The translations under genes and the position numbers were made by a program. A DNA stretch of 63,964 bases, the filler included, from Welwitschia mirabilis (lineage: Eukaryota): NCBI GenBank assembly GCA_051453625.1. It is 4 parts of one record of this genome, joined end to end, with 100 filler letters (N's around TTAATTAATTAA, not from the genome) between each part and the next. Parts side by side here need not be neighbours in the genome. Positions count along the whole stretch, not along the records: positions 1 to 23,293 come from JBOZIK010000001.1; positions 23,394 to 51,067 come from JBOZIK010000001.1; 2 more parts are not named here. One strand, given 5' to 3'. Shown here in pieces: positions 13,743 to 27,426 of the stretch (positions are counted from its first letter, which is position 1; each line of letters begins with the position of its first letter). Below the pieces are notes generated by a model. That model saw only the letters and a program-made list of their open reading frames with translations. It had not been told where the DNA came from and did no database searches.

Positions 13743-15431
13743 TGTTGATAAATCTAGTTTTGATAATTATAATTGTCAAATATTTTATGTCGTTGTATAG
13801 ATAAATTAATTCAAAAATATTCATATTACAAATAGCATAAGTCGATGTTAAATCTTCAAGAAGAAATCTCACAAAAAACTCAAAATTCAAATTACCAAAT
13901 TAGTTAAATAAAGATGTATATAGAATAGAAGATGTTTATGATAAAGACATATAAACTCTTGAAGACATTCATGGTAAAGGAATCTATATCTTGTGTACTA
14001 GCTTTTAAGTCTAAAGTTAAAGACATCTATATCAAGAAAGACAACTATGCTAAAAGTTAGATCTAACACTGGTAAAAGACATCTACATGTTTGAAGATAT
14101 CTATTCTAAATTGGAATAAATAATAGAGTTATGATATACTTTAATAAATATTTTACTTTCTAGGAAAGCTATTAAAATTTTCATTGTAAATTCAAGATCA
14201 CAAAGGATTAAAGATAATACAGAGTAAGTTTTACCAATTTCTGGGCAACTTAACTAAAGATGTCTATCAAGTAAAAACATTTAACTATTACTAAATGCCT
14301 AAAAATTTGAAGATGTATTTGATGAAGGTTTACATTAATTTAAATGAAATATACATGCCCAATGCCTAGACACGCTTATACATTATACAATGATTACAAA
14401 GTTCAAACAACTACTATCCAAGGTCAAATAGCTAGCATCTCTAAAATGGCATAAAGGCATAATGTAATGGAATACATTAAAAACTAAGAAACATAACAAA
14501 TAAATCTTGAACAAAGAAAATAAATGTATGACTATCTAGAACTACTTACAATAGATCAAAGTTATTATTTTAAAGGAACTTTTAGTATCTACATCTTTTA
14601 TTGTTAGATCCTTCATCATTGCTTTATTTATTAGCATTCATGATAACAATGACAATAAGGAAGTTAAGATCTTCTTCAAAGATTCATCATTCAAACTTAT
14701 TATATTCATTTCTTAAATCTTACATTATCAGACTATCTTATTCTTATATATTCTATACTTGTATTATTAAACCTAAAAGATCCCTTGCTAGGATTCCTCA
14801 TTATAAGGCAACCCTTATATGGGTGTACTTTGTGAATTTCTATGAGCACTTGTATTGCATTATTATTTCCTTGAGGGAAGCGTTTAATGCCTTGTAAGGA
14901 GCATCTAACTTTGTAATTATGCCTATGTACACATTGTTGTTTCATAAGGGGAAGAGTTTGATACCTCATGAGGAGCATTTTACTTTGTGATTGTACCTAT
15001 GTATACATTATTATTTTACTAAAGAGAAGAGTTTGATACATTGTGAGGAGCATCTTACTTTCTAGTTATGGTTGTGTCTACATTTTTATTTCCCTAAGAA
15101 GAAGAGTTTGCTATCTTATGAGGATAATCTTACTTTATTATTGTACGTATAAGTACATAGTTGGTTTTATCTTAAGGAAAGAAAGTGCTACTTTATAAGA
15201 AGACTCTCATATTATTATAAGATTAGTGATAAGTCAAAACTACTATTGTTTGTTGATTAAGAACATCCAGAGGTATGAGAGAAAGCTACCCTCTGTGTGT
15301 TGATGTACATAGGTTAATGAACCACATTATCTTAGTAAGGTATTTATTATACTATTTTTCAATTTGTTATTGGTGAAACTTTTATTTGATAGAATTCATT
15401 CATCCCTTTCCTTTACATTTAACAATCCTCA
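13743..15431 (+). repeat. Sirevirus-like copia 5' LTR (different family from 27427-37094)
   Basis: Begins tgttgataaatctagttttgataatta and ends attcatccctttcc...aatcctca, followed by ag and a Met PBS; left boundary less certain. Confidence 0.65.
14845..15207 (+). repeat. ~74-bp tandem repeat, about 4.5 units, inside the LTR
   Basis: Unit gagcatcttacttt...gtacacattattatttc..aagggaagagtttgatac.ttgtgag recurs at ~14899, 14973, 15048 and 15122. Confidence 0.85.
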
Positions 15432-15433
15432 AG

Positions 15434-15445
15434 TGGTATCACAGT
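15434..15445 (+). promoter_or_regulatory. tRNA-iMet primer binding site
   Basis: tggtatcacagt versus canonical TGGTATCAGAGC, 2 nt after the LTR CA. Confidence 0.75.
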
Positions 15446-15482
15446 AGTACTTTTGAAAAAGAGTAACTTCCTTGAGTGAATT

Positions 15483-16998
15483 ATGAAAGGTATACCATCT
15501 GTTAGTCCTCTGCTCTTTAATTGAATAAGCTACACCTTTTAGAAGATGAGGATGCAGGCATACTTATAGTATTTTTATTTTTAAGTATAGCAAATCATAG
15601 AAGAAGGATATATAAATCCTACAAAAATCATAATAGATGCTATAGATAACACCATCACATAGATCAAGCAAAAAAATGATTGAGAAGATAAAGAGAAAGT
15701 AGCCTTTATGTATGATTTAAAAGTAAAAAATGCTCTTTATTTACTTTAAAAATAAATGAGTTTAATAAAATAGTATGTTATAAGATGACATAAGAAATTT
15801 GGAATGTTCTAGTTGGAACATATGAAGGAACTTTTATTGTCAAGTACTCAAAGCTACTCATTTGGACAAACCAATTTGAAAATATCAACATGAACAATGG
15901 AGAGAGAGTTTATAAGTACTTCATGAGAGGCTCTAATATTGTGAATTATATTCAAGGAATTGGTAAAATTATTCTAGAGGCTAAGGTAATACAAAAAGTT
16001 GTTAGATCTATAACTTCTAAATATAGGTTCAAGACTATAGCCATGAAAGCATCAAGAGATTTCAACTTCATGAGGATACAAGAATCTCAAAGTGCTCTAA
16101 TAGCATATGAAATGAATATCATATAAGATCATGTCTTAAAAGAAAGTCCATTACTCTTAAGACTACTAAAGGCACAAAACAAAGTTTAAAAAAAAAAAGA
16201 TAAAGGATGAATGAAAAGAAGATAACTTCAAGGATGAAATAAATAAGAAACTTTCTTTCATCACAAGGATAGTAGAAAGATTCTCTCACATAAGTACAAC
16301 AAAAGTAAGGACTTCAAAAAATCATCAGGATTTTAAGCTAAAGATAAGTCTTCTAGTAACACTTTTTTCTTCTAAAACTAATGTTGCCAAACCAGAATGT
16401 TGGAAATATGGAGGATGTAGTTCTAATAGAATAAAAGAAAAGGAATAAAAAAAGAGCCAAAGAAAATGAAATCCTTCTTCATACGATGGGATGATGATGA
16501 AGAAGTAATGAAAGTATAAATATCTAAAAATAAAAAATATCATCATTCCTACATGGCTATTATACATCTTAAAGAAGAAAGTGATAAGATAAGAGAAGAG
16601 TATGAACCAAAAAATAAAGATGATAGAGGTATGAGCTTCAAGAAAGATATGAGTTAATTTTTGAAAAATTTATTAATTTGCAAAAGGTATGTATTAAAAT
16701 GAAAAAATTACTTCATACTCATGAATAAGCCTAATGAATAAGAAAAGATTTCTTATAATAAATTATCTTATAAAAACTTAACTCTTAAAGATAAGATTAG
16801 TAGACTAACATCTAATTTTAAGAATATAAAACAAGGGCTATTAAGTTAAAATAACATTAATAAGAAATTTACCCAAGAAAAGGAGACCTTAAATATCATG
16901 CTTGAGTAATGTAGAAGATTAAATGACAAAAGTGACTTGGAACATAATGAAGCCTCAATGTTGGTTGCCTAGATTTGCACTTTCAAAAGTAATCAATG
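15483..16998 (+). pseudogene. Copia gag relic (DUF4219/UBN2-like), truncated by gap
   Basis: MKGIPSVSPLLFN*ISYTF.KMRMQAYL, then EIWNVLVGTYEGT and ORF 15890-16126 (KVVRSITSKYRFKTIAMKASRDFNFMRIQESQSALIAYEM). Confidence 0.85.
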
Positions 16999-17410
16999 NN
17001 NNNNNNNNNNNNNNNNNNNNNNNNNNNNNNNNNNNNNNNNNNNNNNNNNNNNNNNNNNNNNNNNNNNNNNNNNNNNNNNNNNNNNNNNNNNNNNNNNNAC
17101 ATGGCATAAATATCATAATTAGGTTGTTAGATCAGATTATGGTAAAATGCCTGAAAATGACTGAATTGAGTTCCTGTTCCCTGCAAAACACCATCAATTA
17201 CACCATTAAAACGTGATAATTTGGAATCGCAACACTCAACTAGTACTTTAACTTCTTTATTTGACAAATGGAATTACAAGTCAAGATATGAATATTTAAC
17301 AATTACAAATAATACTATTTATTATTATTATTATCATAATATAGGTTATTATCAATTTGAATATTCAATAAAATTCAAAAATAATTATTATACTAACAAT
17401 TCTAAGAGGC

Positions 17411-18673
17411 TCTTGCAGTGCATATTTATATAAATGTTACATCCTTAAACAATTCCTAAAAATCATTAAAATGTATATATTACATAACACAACACACTAC
17501 TATAGATGGGATAATTCAAATGTCATAATTTCATCAAAGGAAAAGGCAAGAAGAAAGAGAATTAATTTTAAAAAGAAATACTTATAAAATATCTAAGTAG
17601 AACAATAACAAGGCAAAGTAACAATGCAAATAAACATACTATGCAAATGAGCTACAAGTTTTATTCTAAATGTAACATATGTTTAATTACCAAATCAACC
17701 TATCATAGAGGTTGGCCTTGTATAACGTAAATCAATCAAGAAAATCCATCACCAGATCAAAATGAACCTAAGCTATTAGGTGTGTCAAACAGAATATGAA
17801 AATAATGGAAAGTTAATCTAGGAACTAAAATTTAATGCATGTAAACTAATAATGTTAATCTGAAAAAAGGTTGTCCTTATGATTTGTATCATAGATGAAG
17901 CTGTCATAGAATCATAAGCAACATAAACCATAATAAAGTGCACATAATAGATGATATAAAAATAAAAAAAAAGTTTTGATTAAGTTGAATTAATATTCAT
18001 GTTATAAAGTAGTAGCACCTTAATAAAGAATACACATCCCAATACAAAGGAAAACATCTCTCTGCAATAATAAGAAATGGATATCCTTCCCTTTGATCTC
18101 TTGTTATGAGAATTTTTGGTATTAAAAAAAAAAGAGTCAAAGTCAAGGATAACATAGGTATTTATTATGACAACAAACTCTAAAAATAGTAAATACTAAT
18201 AGACACAGTAAAACCCTAACAGCCACACAAGAAGGTGCAAAACATATGATGGAAGTTTGATAAAGTTTGATGAATCATTATTTTTAGGTGTTGTTCTACT
18301 AGTTATCTGAATGTCATAGGACATGATGCCACATTATACAAGATTTACATTAGCTACCAAATTAGTCCAATAAGTGTCCTAGTCAATATAAGTACTTCTA
18401 TCATCCATAGAGTCATCCGGACAATAAGGTGGATGATAGGCATTATAACGTTATTTCTTATATCATATTAGCCTTTTTGATCATAGGATTACTTATTCAA
18501 ATAGGAAGTATTGTATTTTATTTCAATTGCTGTCAAATATAATGAAAATTGCATGTTTTTATGATATTTGCCTTAGCAATTCATTATTGTTAAAACTTAG
18601 CATAAACTTGTCTAATTCCTTATAAAACTACTCAAAAGATCCTATCAAATACATATAATTTGATAGAATAATA
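17411..18673 (-). repeat. 3' LTR of Athila-like copy B
   Basis: Collinear with 40595-41861 over its length; the adjacent 18674-18810 matches the pre-LTR region ~53300-53441 in reverse complement. Confidence 0.8.
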
Positions 18674-19200
18674 TAACTCCAATTTATCCTTATCAGTCCC
18701 TGATAAAACTCAACAAAGAACTATGATTGTAAGCCAAGTTGTCTAAAATCAATTAGGGAACCATGAAATAAACTCATAAATAATCTTAGAAATCTCAAAA
18801 TGCTAAATAAAAATGTTAAAAACATATAACTAAATGTTTTACATATGTAGTGTAAGTAATAGTAGTGTTGTCATGATGGTCATCTAGATGATGAAAGGGA
18901 CAACAGGCTCAAAAATTATCCTTAAAAAATAGAAGCCTATAAAAAATTGTTAGAAAGATAAACATTAAAATATAACACAATCCCCCAGTCAATTGTAGAG
19001 TAGATACTGAAAATAATCATGTATAATGTAAAAAATCCTGATTATAAAATGTCAAAAATGATATGTGTGCATAATATCTTAGTAATTAAAATGTACATCA
19101 TAATGATACTTAGAAAATGACATGTTTATAAAAGTTATAAGTTTTTATATAATTCATAGAGAAAAGATACATAATACAACATAATAAATCACTTCCCTCA

Positions 19201-20406
19201 TCATACCACAATGAGTTCCTGATGCATAACAAGCTTAGGTGCAAGTAAAGAAGAAGGATGCTTAGGATATATAAAGAAATGATGATCAAGTATTATTATA
19301 ATGGAGTGTATTGTCTCATTTCCTTATACTCTAACTACCTTTAAGATACCCACAGTCACATTGTGCTCAATGCATAATATGTATTGACATATATTAGCCA
19401 CCTACTTCTTAGTGTATTGAACTCCTCTCTTAACTATACAAATCCTTTACTTAAGTGTAGTAAATCCGTAGTCTACCATCTCTCTAATGCTTTATGTCAT
19501 ATCTGATAACAGATCCTGAATCTGCTTAATAGTGATATCAAACATAGGTCTCTATATCTAAGATCTCTCAACCTCTCTTGATATTTGAATGTTCATATCT
19601 TATAGGTAATGAGCTAAAGTCTAAAGATGCATAAGTTTCTACTCGCTAGGCTCAGGTATACCAAAGTACCTAAACATAGGTAAAAGAAGGAGTCAAGAAT
19701 ATCTTAGAGTCTATAACTATTAGGACTTAATCATTCTCCTAAGTCACCTCCAAATCAAGGTCAGTAGATCCATCTGCTCTCCATGCCTGAATACTATTAG
19801 AATTAGAAGGTAGATGATCATGATGTAATTGTTATGAAAGGAAGGACTGATGTTATGAATCAAGCCTCTATGAAGAATCTGATAGGTAGGTAATAACTAT
19901 GTCGCTTCTGATGTCAACCGGTAAGTTTAGTGATGTGCTATAAGAATGGAATTTCTTTATACCACAATTGAGTGGATGTGTGTAATTTTAATGTAATCTA
20001 GATTAGTAATAATAGTGATGTGTCTTAGGAGAATCGATATCTAGTAGTTGTGAATGATATCTATAATCATATCGACTAGATGATCATGAGCATCGAAATA
20101 CCTCTCTATATGTATATTATTGTAGAACTATATGGTCTTTGAGATATAGTATGTACTGTGTGCATCTAAAATCCATCTAAGTTATAGATTTATTAGTTTT
20201 TGATCCACCTCTGGCTCTAATTAACTCATGAAATCACAAAATATCTCTCTACTGGAATGGAGGCCATCTAAATTGAAAGAGATCTAGCCTGGTAAGGTGG
20301 AGGATGGATTAGCTACGTCTGCTTAATCTCTAGTGGTACCAATGGATCTACCTCCTAATTTACTACCTTGGCCTTATCCTCATCCTATCTCACTCATTGT
20401 ATGCAT
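19201..20406 (-). pseudogene. Athila accessory ORF2 (env-like / plant transposon protein-like), many nonsense mutations
   Basis: One frame of ~400 codons from ATG 20406: Gly/Arg-rich start, LRWILDAHSTYYISKTI*FYNNI, YQILHRGLIHNISP, HGEQMDLLTLIW, LRYS*LLLLPMFRYFGIP. Lies between integrase and the 3' LTR; stops are consistent with C>T changes. Confidence 0.6.
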
Positions 20407-23337
20407 GGCCTAATCATTCATAAATGTAAAACACATCACATAAGATCAAGTGGCAATAATTGAAATGTATCTTGTGAAAGATCTAAACAACTCTAAAAAT
20501 GTATTCTAATGTATAAAAATCATTAAAATATGTTATCAATTCCCTCAAAAGAATTAATACATCTCATATTGACTAATCGAATAAAGAAAAATGTGAAATT
20601 TAAGAAAATATCGAAACATAAAAAACATGTAGACCCCACATGAGATCAAAAATGAAAGTGCTAAAATAAAAAATATAATCTAGTAGAATTATAGAGGTTG
20701 TTGTACTTATCAATTTACATGAAAAAACCATTATGTTTTAATTTAAAATGAGGTTTAAAGTTCAAAACCTAATTCTACCTCATAAAACACACAATTTGAG
20801 ATATCTCACAAAATATGTGATTAAAATACAATCCGTAAGTACCAAATCAAAGAGTATTAAAAAATGAGTAATATACATGAAACGTGTGTGCTAAAAGGCT
20901 AAAAAATGAAATAAAAAATAATTAGGAATAAAAAAATAACATCTCATTTTAACAAATTTATTTAAAACATGTAATCTGATGTGATAAATGTATGGGGGAA
21001 AGTTTCAAAACATTGATAGGCAAGGAACAAACTAAAACAATAAAGAAATGAAGAAAAATAAAGGAAAAGAATCATAACCATGGGTTTATTACATAGTCAT
21101 TCAGTTGTATCATCTAAACGATAGTCTTAGGATGACTAGCAGAAAAATACGAACTATTATCCACTAGGTTTTCAGGATGACCTAGTGGATAACAGAACTT
21201 TGAAAAATGTTTAGAAAAATGAAAATGTTAGCTAAACAAGTTAGGATTAGATATTAACATGAAAGTATTAGAATTTCTTAAAAAACTGAAAAATAAAAAA
21301 TGGTAAAAGAATTATGATGGATGAGGATACGGAATGAGGAAGACTCAAAAGAATCAAAAGATAAGGTAATAAAAATGCGTAAAGTAGAATGAATCCTAAT
21401 AAAGAAAACCAAAAAAATGTGCCTAAACTAAAAAATAATCATAAAAATATGTATAACTCCAAAAGACTTAAAGAATCTCATAAAAATCTTAAATAAAATT
21501 ATCTAAGAATAAGAAAATATCATTTAGTTAAAATGCTAAAAGAGAGTCAATTTTTATTGATAAAACAATAGAGTGAAAATAAAAATAACAATAAGGAAAC
21601 TACTAAATGATAAGGTCCTAAAAATAATGATGAAAAAGTATAGAAAAGACTTTAGAATGACAAACTAAAGAATCAAATAATAATGAAATGAAAATGGATA
21701 CTAGGACCATGAAGAATATAATGTACCTACCCTAAATTCTAACCTAGTAAGCCCTCTCAAAAAACATCATAAAGCCATCTAAGTAAATATACATAATACA
21801 ATGTATTAAATTCATAAAGTTTTACTTGAAAAGATACTGATTATAATGACAAAAAAGATCAAGTACTTAAAATAATAAATGATAAGACCAAAAACTACTT
21901 AGAAATGAACTCACTAGCTCCCATCCTAAAATACACCTGAATTCTGAAAAGTGAAATAATCATGTTGGAATATTAAAAGTCTAGAAAACAAGCAATGCTT
22001 TTGGTAATAATAATAATGCCATTATTTCCATAGCCTTAAAGTTTATTACTACTGATAGTAGAGGATCAATTATAGAGATGAGTGAATAGGTATCTTAAGT
22101 TCTATTTCCTTGTTGTTCATGACTTGCAAAAACAATAAATATAAAGAAATACTAAAACAAGGTATTTAATGATGTATAGACACCACCCTTCAGCTTTGTA
22201 GACTCCTTTTCCTAGCTGGCATATATTTGCTCACAAGAATGATTTTCAAGCTTACCAAATAATCTTTCATAACCAATGAGAATTTTAAGGCTTATCCTTA
22301 ACCACAAATGAATGGTAGAAAAAAGGATGCACTAATTCATAGATGTCTTCTCTAAGGTACAACAATATTCTTCTCAAAAAAGTATAATGATTGAAGTACA
22401 ATAGAAATTTGAACTTGAAGATTATTCAAATGTGCTAAGAGAAATCATAATAGTCCTTATTTAATATTAGATTTTACAAGTTAGTATTTTGTTTTCTATT
22501 GAATAAAGGAAAGCTTTTATACTGAAGTTATACTAGCTGACTATTTCTATAGGAAGAAGTAAACTGTTGTGCTTTTTAAGGAATCATTGCACTTTTTCTA
22601 ATAAATCTTTTTATTAATAATGGTTACATTTCTTCCTTGTATGGTTAACCTTACATAATACTCAGTCACCCTTTCATGCAGTTGCCCTTATACCTATCAT
22701 TCGGTCACCCTTACTTGTCACAAATTCTTAGTGTAGAATAGGTGCAAATTCGGTTGCCCTCATGAAAAGAATTGGTTGCCCTTAACTAGATTGTCTTGAC
22801 CATTTTTACCCAGTCAACCTTCTGCGAGGAAATTATAGGTAGAATGTGGTCGCCAGATACCTTTTTATTTATTCAACTTAAAATTACCAGATTCATGTTC
22901 TACTGATTGTTGTGTAGTCACCCATCATATTATTATCAGTCACCCATCCTGCTATCAGATTTGATCTTATTGCGTGTGCTTTGGTTACTCATAGGAATGT
23001 CATCAGTCGTAGTCCTATTATTAGATTGGATCTAACTGAGTAAAATGCGGTCACCTGTGTATGGATGGTAGTTGCCTATGTTTGAACCGGTCTTCTTTAT
23101 GTTATCTCAATTTATTCACCTCGTGTGTCATATGTGATCACCTAATTCTGAAGCAATGTTACATTTCTTGATCAGTCAGTCATCCGATCTTATACATCAA
23201 TCGCCTGATGCTGGGAATTACCTACACAAAATACTAACTTATAAAAACTTATTAAATTAATCAATAATAATGAGTTCTGAAAAAACTCCCCCTNNNNNNN
23301 NNNNNNNNNNNNNNNNNNNNNNNNNNNNNNNNNNNNN

Positions 23338-23349
23338 TTAATTAATTAA
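23338..23349. other. Artificial scaffold linker TTAATTAATTAA within a 100-base gap
   Basis: N44-TTAATTAATTAA-N44; same layout at 51112 and 61293; gives stops in all six frames. Confidence 0.9.
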
Positions 23350-23393
23350 NNNNNNNNNNNNNNNNNNNNNNNNNNNNNNNNNNNNNNNNNNNN

Positions 23394-24042
23394 GGCCTTT
23401 ATTTATAGACAGAAAGGGAAAAAGGACTAACAGAAAAGCATAAGAGAAACTCTAGCTATCATGCAAGAGAAAGTCGCAAATAATAGGCAACAACTCGGGA
23501 ATATAATCTGTAAAAGTATGGGATGACAGTATCATCTATGTGGTCATCCAGACGATGAAGGAGACAACATGGATTGAAGTTGAGTTATCTGTTTAGCTTC
23601 CAGTTTAATTATCTATGATCTGCATGCGAAGCTCAGTCAACTGGTTCTGAAGATGTCATCCACTAGTGTCGTCTGGACGATGAGGTGGACAATGGAGCCT
23701 AATGAGAAGATCTTTATTTCAACTGCAAGTCATCTGGAAATAAGNNNNNNNNNNNNNNNNNNNNNNNNNNNNNNNNNNNNNNNNNNNNNNNNNNNNNNNN
23801 NNNNNNNNNNNNNNNNNNNNNNNNNNNNNNNNNNNNNNNNNNNNNNNNNNNNGGATAATCATCTGAAAATACAATTTATCCATATTTATATGAAATCCTC
23901 ATGAATTATCTGATAAACTGCATGTTTTTGTCTTGTGTTCCTAAATTTTCAATTGTCATAGGAACTAGGCATTTATCTATTAGTTTAACTGCAAAATAAC
24001 TTAAAATACCCTATCAAATACACTTAAGTTAGTATCGTAGTA
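23394..24042 (-). repeat. Athila-like LTR fragment abutting or inserted in the Sirevirus LTR
   Basis: aaaataccctatcaaatacacttaagttagtatcgtagta matches the LTR end at 41822-41861; carries the gtcatcc...gtcgtctggacgatg hairpin motifs. Confidence 0.65.
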
Positions 24043-24675
24043 GGCACCCATTATATTCTTGTTGGTCATCCATACTGCTATCAGATAGATTCATACTGCG
24101 TCTGATGTGGTCTCCCATATTAATACTGTCAGTCGCTTATCCTGCTATTAGATTTAATCTTATTACATGTGCTGTAGTCACCTGTAGGAATGTTATCAGT
24201 CACCTATTCTACTATTATATTAGATCTAATTGAGTGAAATGCAGTCATCCATGTACAGATGATGGTCGCCCATGTTTGAACTAGTCTTCTTTATGTTGTC
24301 TTAATTAAGTCGTCTAGTGTATCATGTTCAGTCATCCAATTCTAAAGTAGTATTACAATTCTTGGTCAGTCATTCATCTGATCTTATACATCGGTCGCCT
24401 GGTGCTAGAAATTAACTGCACAAAAGACTAACTTACAAAAACTCATTAAATTAATCAATAATAATGGGTTATCAATAACCACTTTTCATGATAAGGGAAA
24501 TGCAATTACAATAAGAGAAGTAAGGACCTATGAAGCATGACCAACTAATCCCTTAGTAGAGTTCCCATAGCTACTAATACTGCTAAAGATTCCTTTCAGA
24601 AAACTTTATCCTAGTGTGATAGAACATCAAGGGGATCATGTATTTTAGCATAGATATAATAGATTATGATCATTA

Positions 24676-24678
<3 letters not shown>

Positions 24679-24741
<63 letters not shown>

Positions 24742-24822
24742 GTGTGTGTGTGTATGTGTGTGTGTCTATGTGTGTATGTGTGTGTGTGTGTGTGTGCGCG
24801 CGCGCGCGCGCACACACACACA
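24679..24822. repeat. Compound microsatellite (TC)~29-(TG)n-(CG)7-(CA)6
   Basis: Read directly from the sequence. Confidence 0.98.
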
Positions 24823-25129
24823 AATAATTCCCACATGATTACATACTTAAAAAGATGAAGGTGCATAAGTAATATAAAAGATAAAAAAAACATTCCTAAA
24901 CAATCAAAGGTCTCAAACCATTGAAAGAAAAGCATAAGAACTAAGGTATCTTCTTTTAAAGTAAAATTCATTGACATGTTAATGTCTTAAAATTAGCTGA
25001 ATCCAATTTCATTACTATACAATGCCCAAGTACAAATACTAGTCATGGAAACTTTATAAAGAAAATACATAACTCAAGTTAAAAATGATCAAATGACATC
25101 ATAACATCCATTAAAGAAATAGGCTAAAA

Positions 25130-27426
25130 TAGCATTTAGACAATGATAGATAGAAATTCCTTTCCATTGAGGAAAATCTTCAAAACAATTTCTTCTATCA
25201 TGTTTAATATTGCATTGAAAGGTTTTTCATATATTTTCAAGATTTATCCATTAACTTTATGAATCTTCTTAGTGTCTAAGTTGAAAATCTTAATACAACC
25301 ATTAGAATGTGACCTTTCTATAACATAAGAATCTAACCATTTAGAGGTAAACTTGTTGTGTAAAAGATGTACTCTAGTGTTGTATAAAAAAATAAGTTAA
25401 CTAAGTTCAAGCTTTTTATGAAGTAACTTTCTATCATGTTTAAACTTAGCATGGGATTTATGAATGAGTTGATAATGTATAGCATGAGTACATTTTTTAT
25501 CTAAGTAATTAAGTTAGAGCTAATCTATTTTTAATATTTTTATAAAGGTCTACAAGATTAAGTTGAGAAGAACGATAAGAGTTATAACACACATCAATAA
25601 GTAAAATAAAAAATTTTCTATACACAAATTTAAAAGGTGAAAAACTAAGAGAATTATGCCAAGTAGTACAGTAAGTCCAAAGAATATTTTTAAGCTTAGA
25701 AACTCAATATTTCTTATTGACAAAGATAATTTTTTAAAGAATTTACTTGATTTCTTGACTATTAAATTATGGATGATAAGCATAAGCTATTCTATGTTTA
25801 ATTCCAATGAATAAAATAAGTTTTCTAGAAATTTGATTAATAAAATGAGTTTCTTAAACATAATGATAATTCTAGAAAATCTAAAACATTAAAAAAAATG
25901 AGTTCTAATAAAATTTAAAATGGTTTAGGCATTATTTGTAAAAGTAGAAATAGCTTTAACCCATTTAGTAACATAATTAACAATCACTAAAATGTAGTTC
26001 TTATTATTAGAAGGTAGTTTAATAGGTCCTATAAAATCAATTTTCCAACAATCAAAAGGTTCACATTTAAGAATAGATTTAATGGATATATCATGAGAAT
26101 GAATAGGACCACCATAATGTTGATAAGCATTATACCTTCTAGTAAAATCAAAAGACTTTTAAAAAATACTAGGTCAATAAAGAATAAAGGGAAGAATTTT
26201 TATTGTTATTTTCTATTCACTAAAATGATCTCCAAAAACATCATCATGGCAAAGATGAAGGATGTCTAATTTTTCCCATTTAGGTACACATTTTCTCATA
26301 ATTTAGTCTTTGCATCTACAGTGAAGATGTGGCTCTATCCATTCATAATCATGTATTCTATATAGAAAAGATTTTATTTGATTATGATTCTAATGTTGTA
26401 ACATTTTCATGGTAATAAGATAATTAACTATATCAGCATATCAAGGAGGAGGATGAATAGAAGATATGGTAAAATGTTGTTCATTTGAAATGAATTATCA
26501 ATCATAATATCATCAAGAGAAGAATAAAGATGTAATAAATAGTTTGCTATACTATTATGCTTTTCTACTTTATTAATAATGGTAAAATTTAGATTCTTGC
26601 ATGAGGAAGATCCATCTAATAAGTCTAGCACTAAAATCTTTCTTAGTTATGAGGTATCTAACAACTGCATGATCGATATAAACATTTATATAAAAGCCTA
26701 AAAGATAGTATCTAAGATTATCAAGGCAACAGATTATGGCTAACATTTCTTTCTCAATAGTAGTATAATTTGATTATGTTTTAGATAAAGTTTTTCTATG
26801 ATAAGATATTACTTTAAAATCATTCTCATACTTTATCTAAGAACCAAATCCATGACAATATTTCTAATACATTAATTTAAAATCTTATTCCAATCAAGTC
26901 TTATTACAATAAGTGAAGAAGAGATTTATCTTTAAGTGTTTTAAAAGCAAGTTGAAAAGATCCATTCCATTCAAATTCAGCTTCTTTTTCAGGTAACAAG
27001 TAAAGGGGTTTATAAATTTTAGCATTCTCTTGAATAAAACAATTATAAAAACCATAGTAACAGAGGAAAGGGCAAACTCATTTTACATTTTTTAGAGGAA
27101 TTAGATTTTTAATGATACTTACTTTTTAATGTCCATCCTAATTCCTTTACTAGAAATGTAGTAATCTAAGATAATTTCATTATCAATTAAAAAAAATATC
27201 TTTTTTCAACTCAAATGTAGATCACTCTTATACATATATCAATGAATTTCTCTAATCTTTCTAAAATTTATTTAAATCTTTCACCATAGATTGAGAAGTC
27301 ATTTATTAAAATTCCATTGAATCCTCTAATATAGCAAAAACGATACCCATTATTTTACATTAAAAAGTACCAAGAGCATTACAAAGTTTAAAAGGCATGC
27401 ATTTAAAAGCAAATGTACTAAAAAAT
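25130..27426 (-). pseudogene. Athila pol, distal part: RT C-terminal half, RNase H, integrase
   Basis: FSTFAFKCMPFKLCNALGTF; integrase EPFDCWKIDFIGPI; FLYNTRVHLLHNKFTSKWLDSY...KVNG*ILKIY (cf. Athila LLFNSRL...KSRWSGPF...VNGQRLK). Confidence 0.85.

Larger units (their letters stand above)
22053..24477 (-). mobile_element. Second Sirevirus-like copia copy (two LTR ends, interior missing in gaps)
   Basis: LTR 22053-23283 aligns with 27427-28727 and is followed by PPT aactccccct (23284-23293); partial second LTR ~24043-24477; flanks ACTAC (22048-22052) and ACCAC (24478-24482). Confidence 0.75.

Noticed and set aside
14845..15207. CRISPR-like periodic array
   Set aside because: Whole units are homologous with no unique spacers, there are no cas genes, and the context is a plant LTR
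24611..24977. ORFs with RERE/SLSL/HTHT repeats
   Set aside because: Translations of the microsatellite
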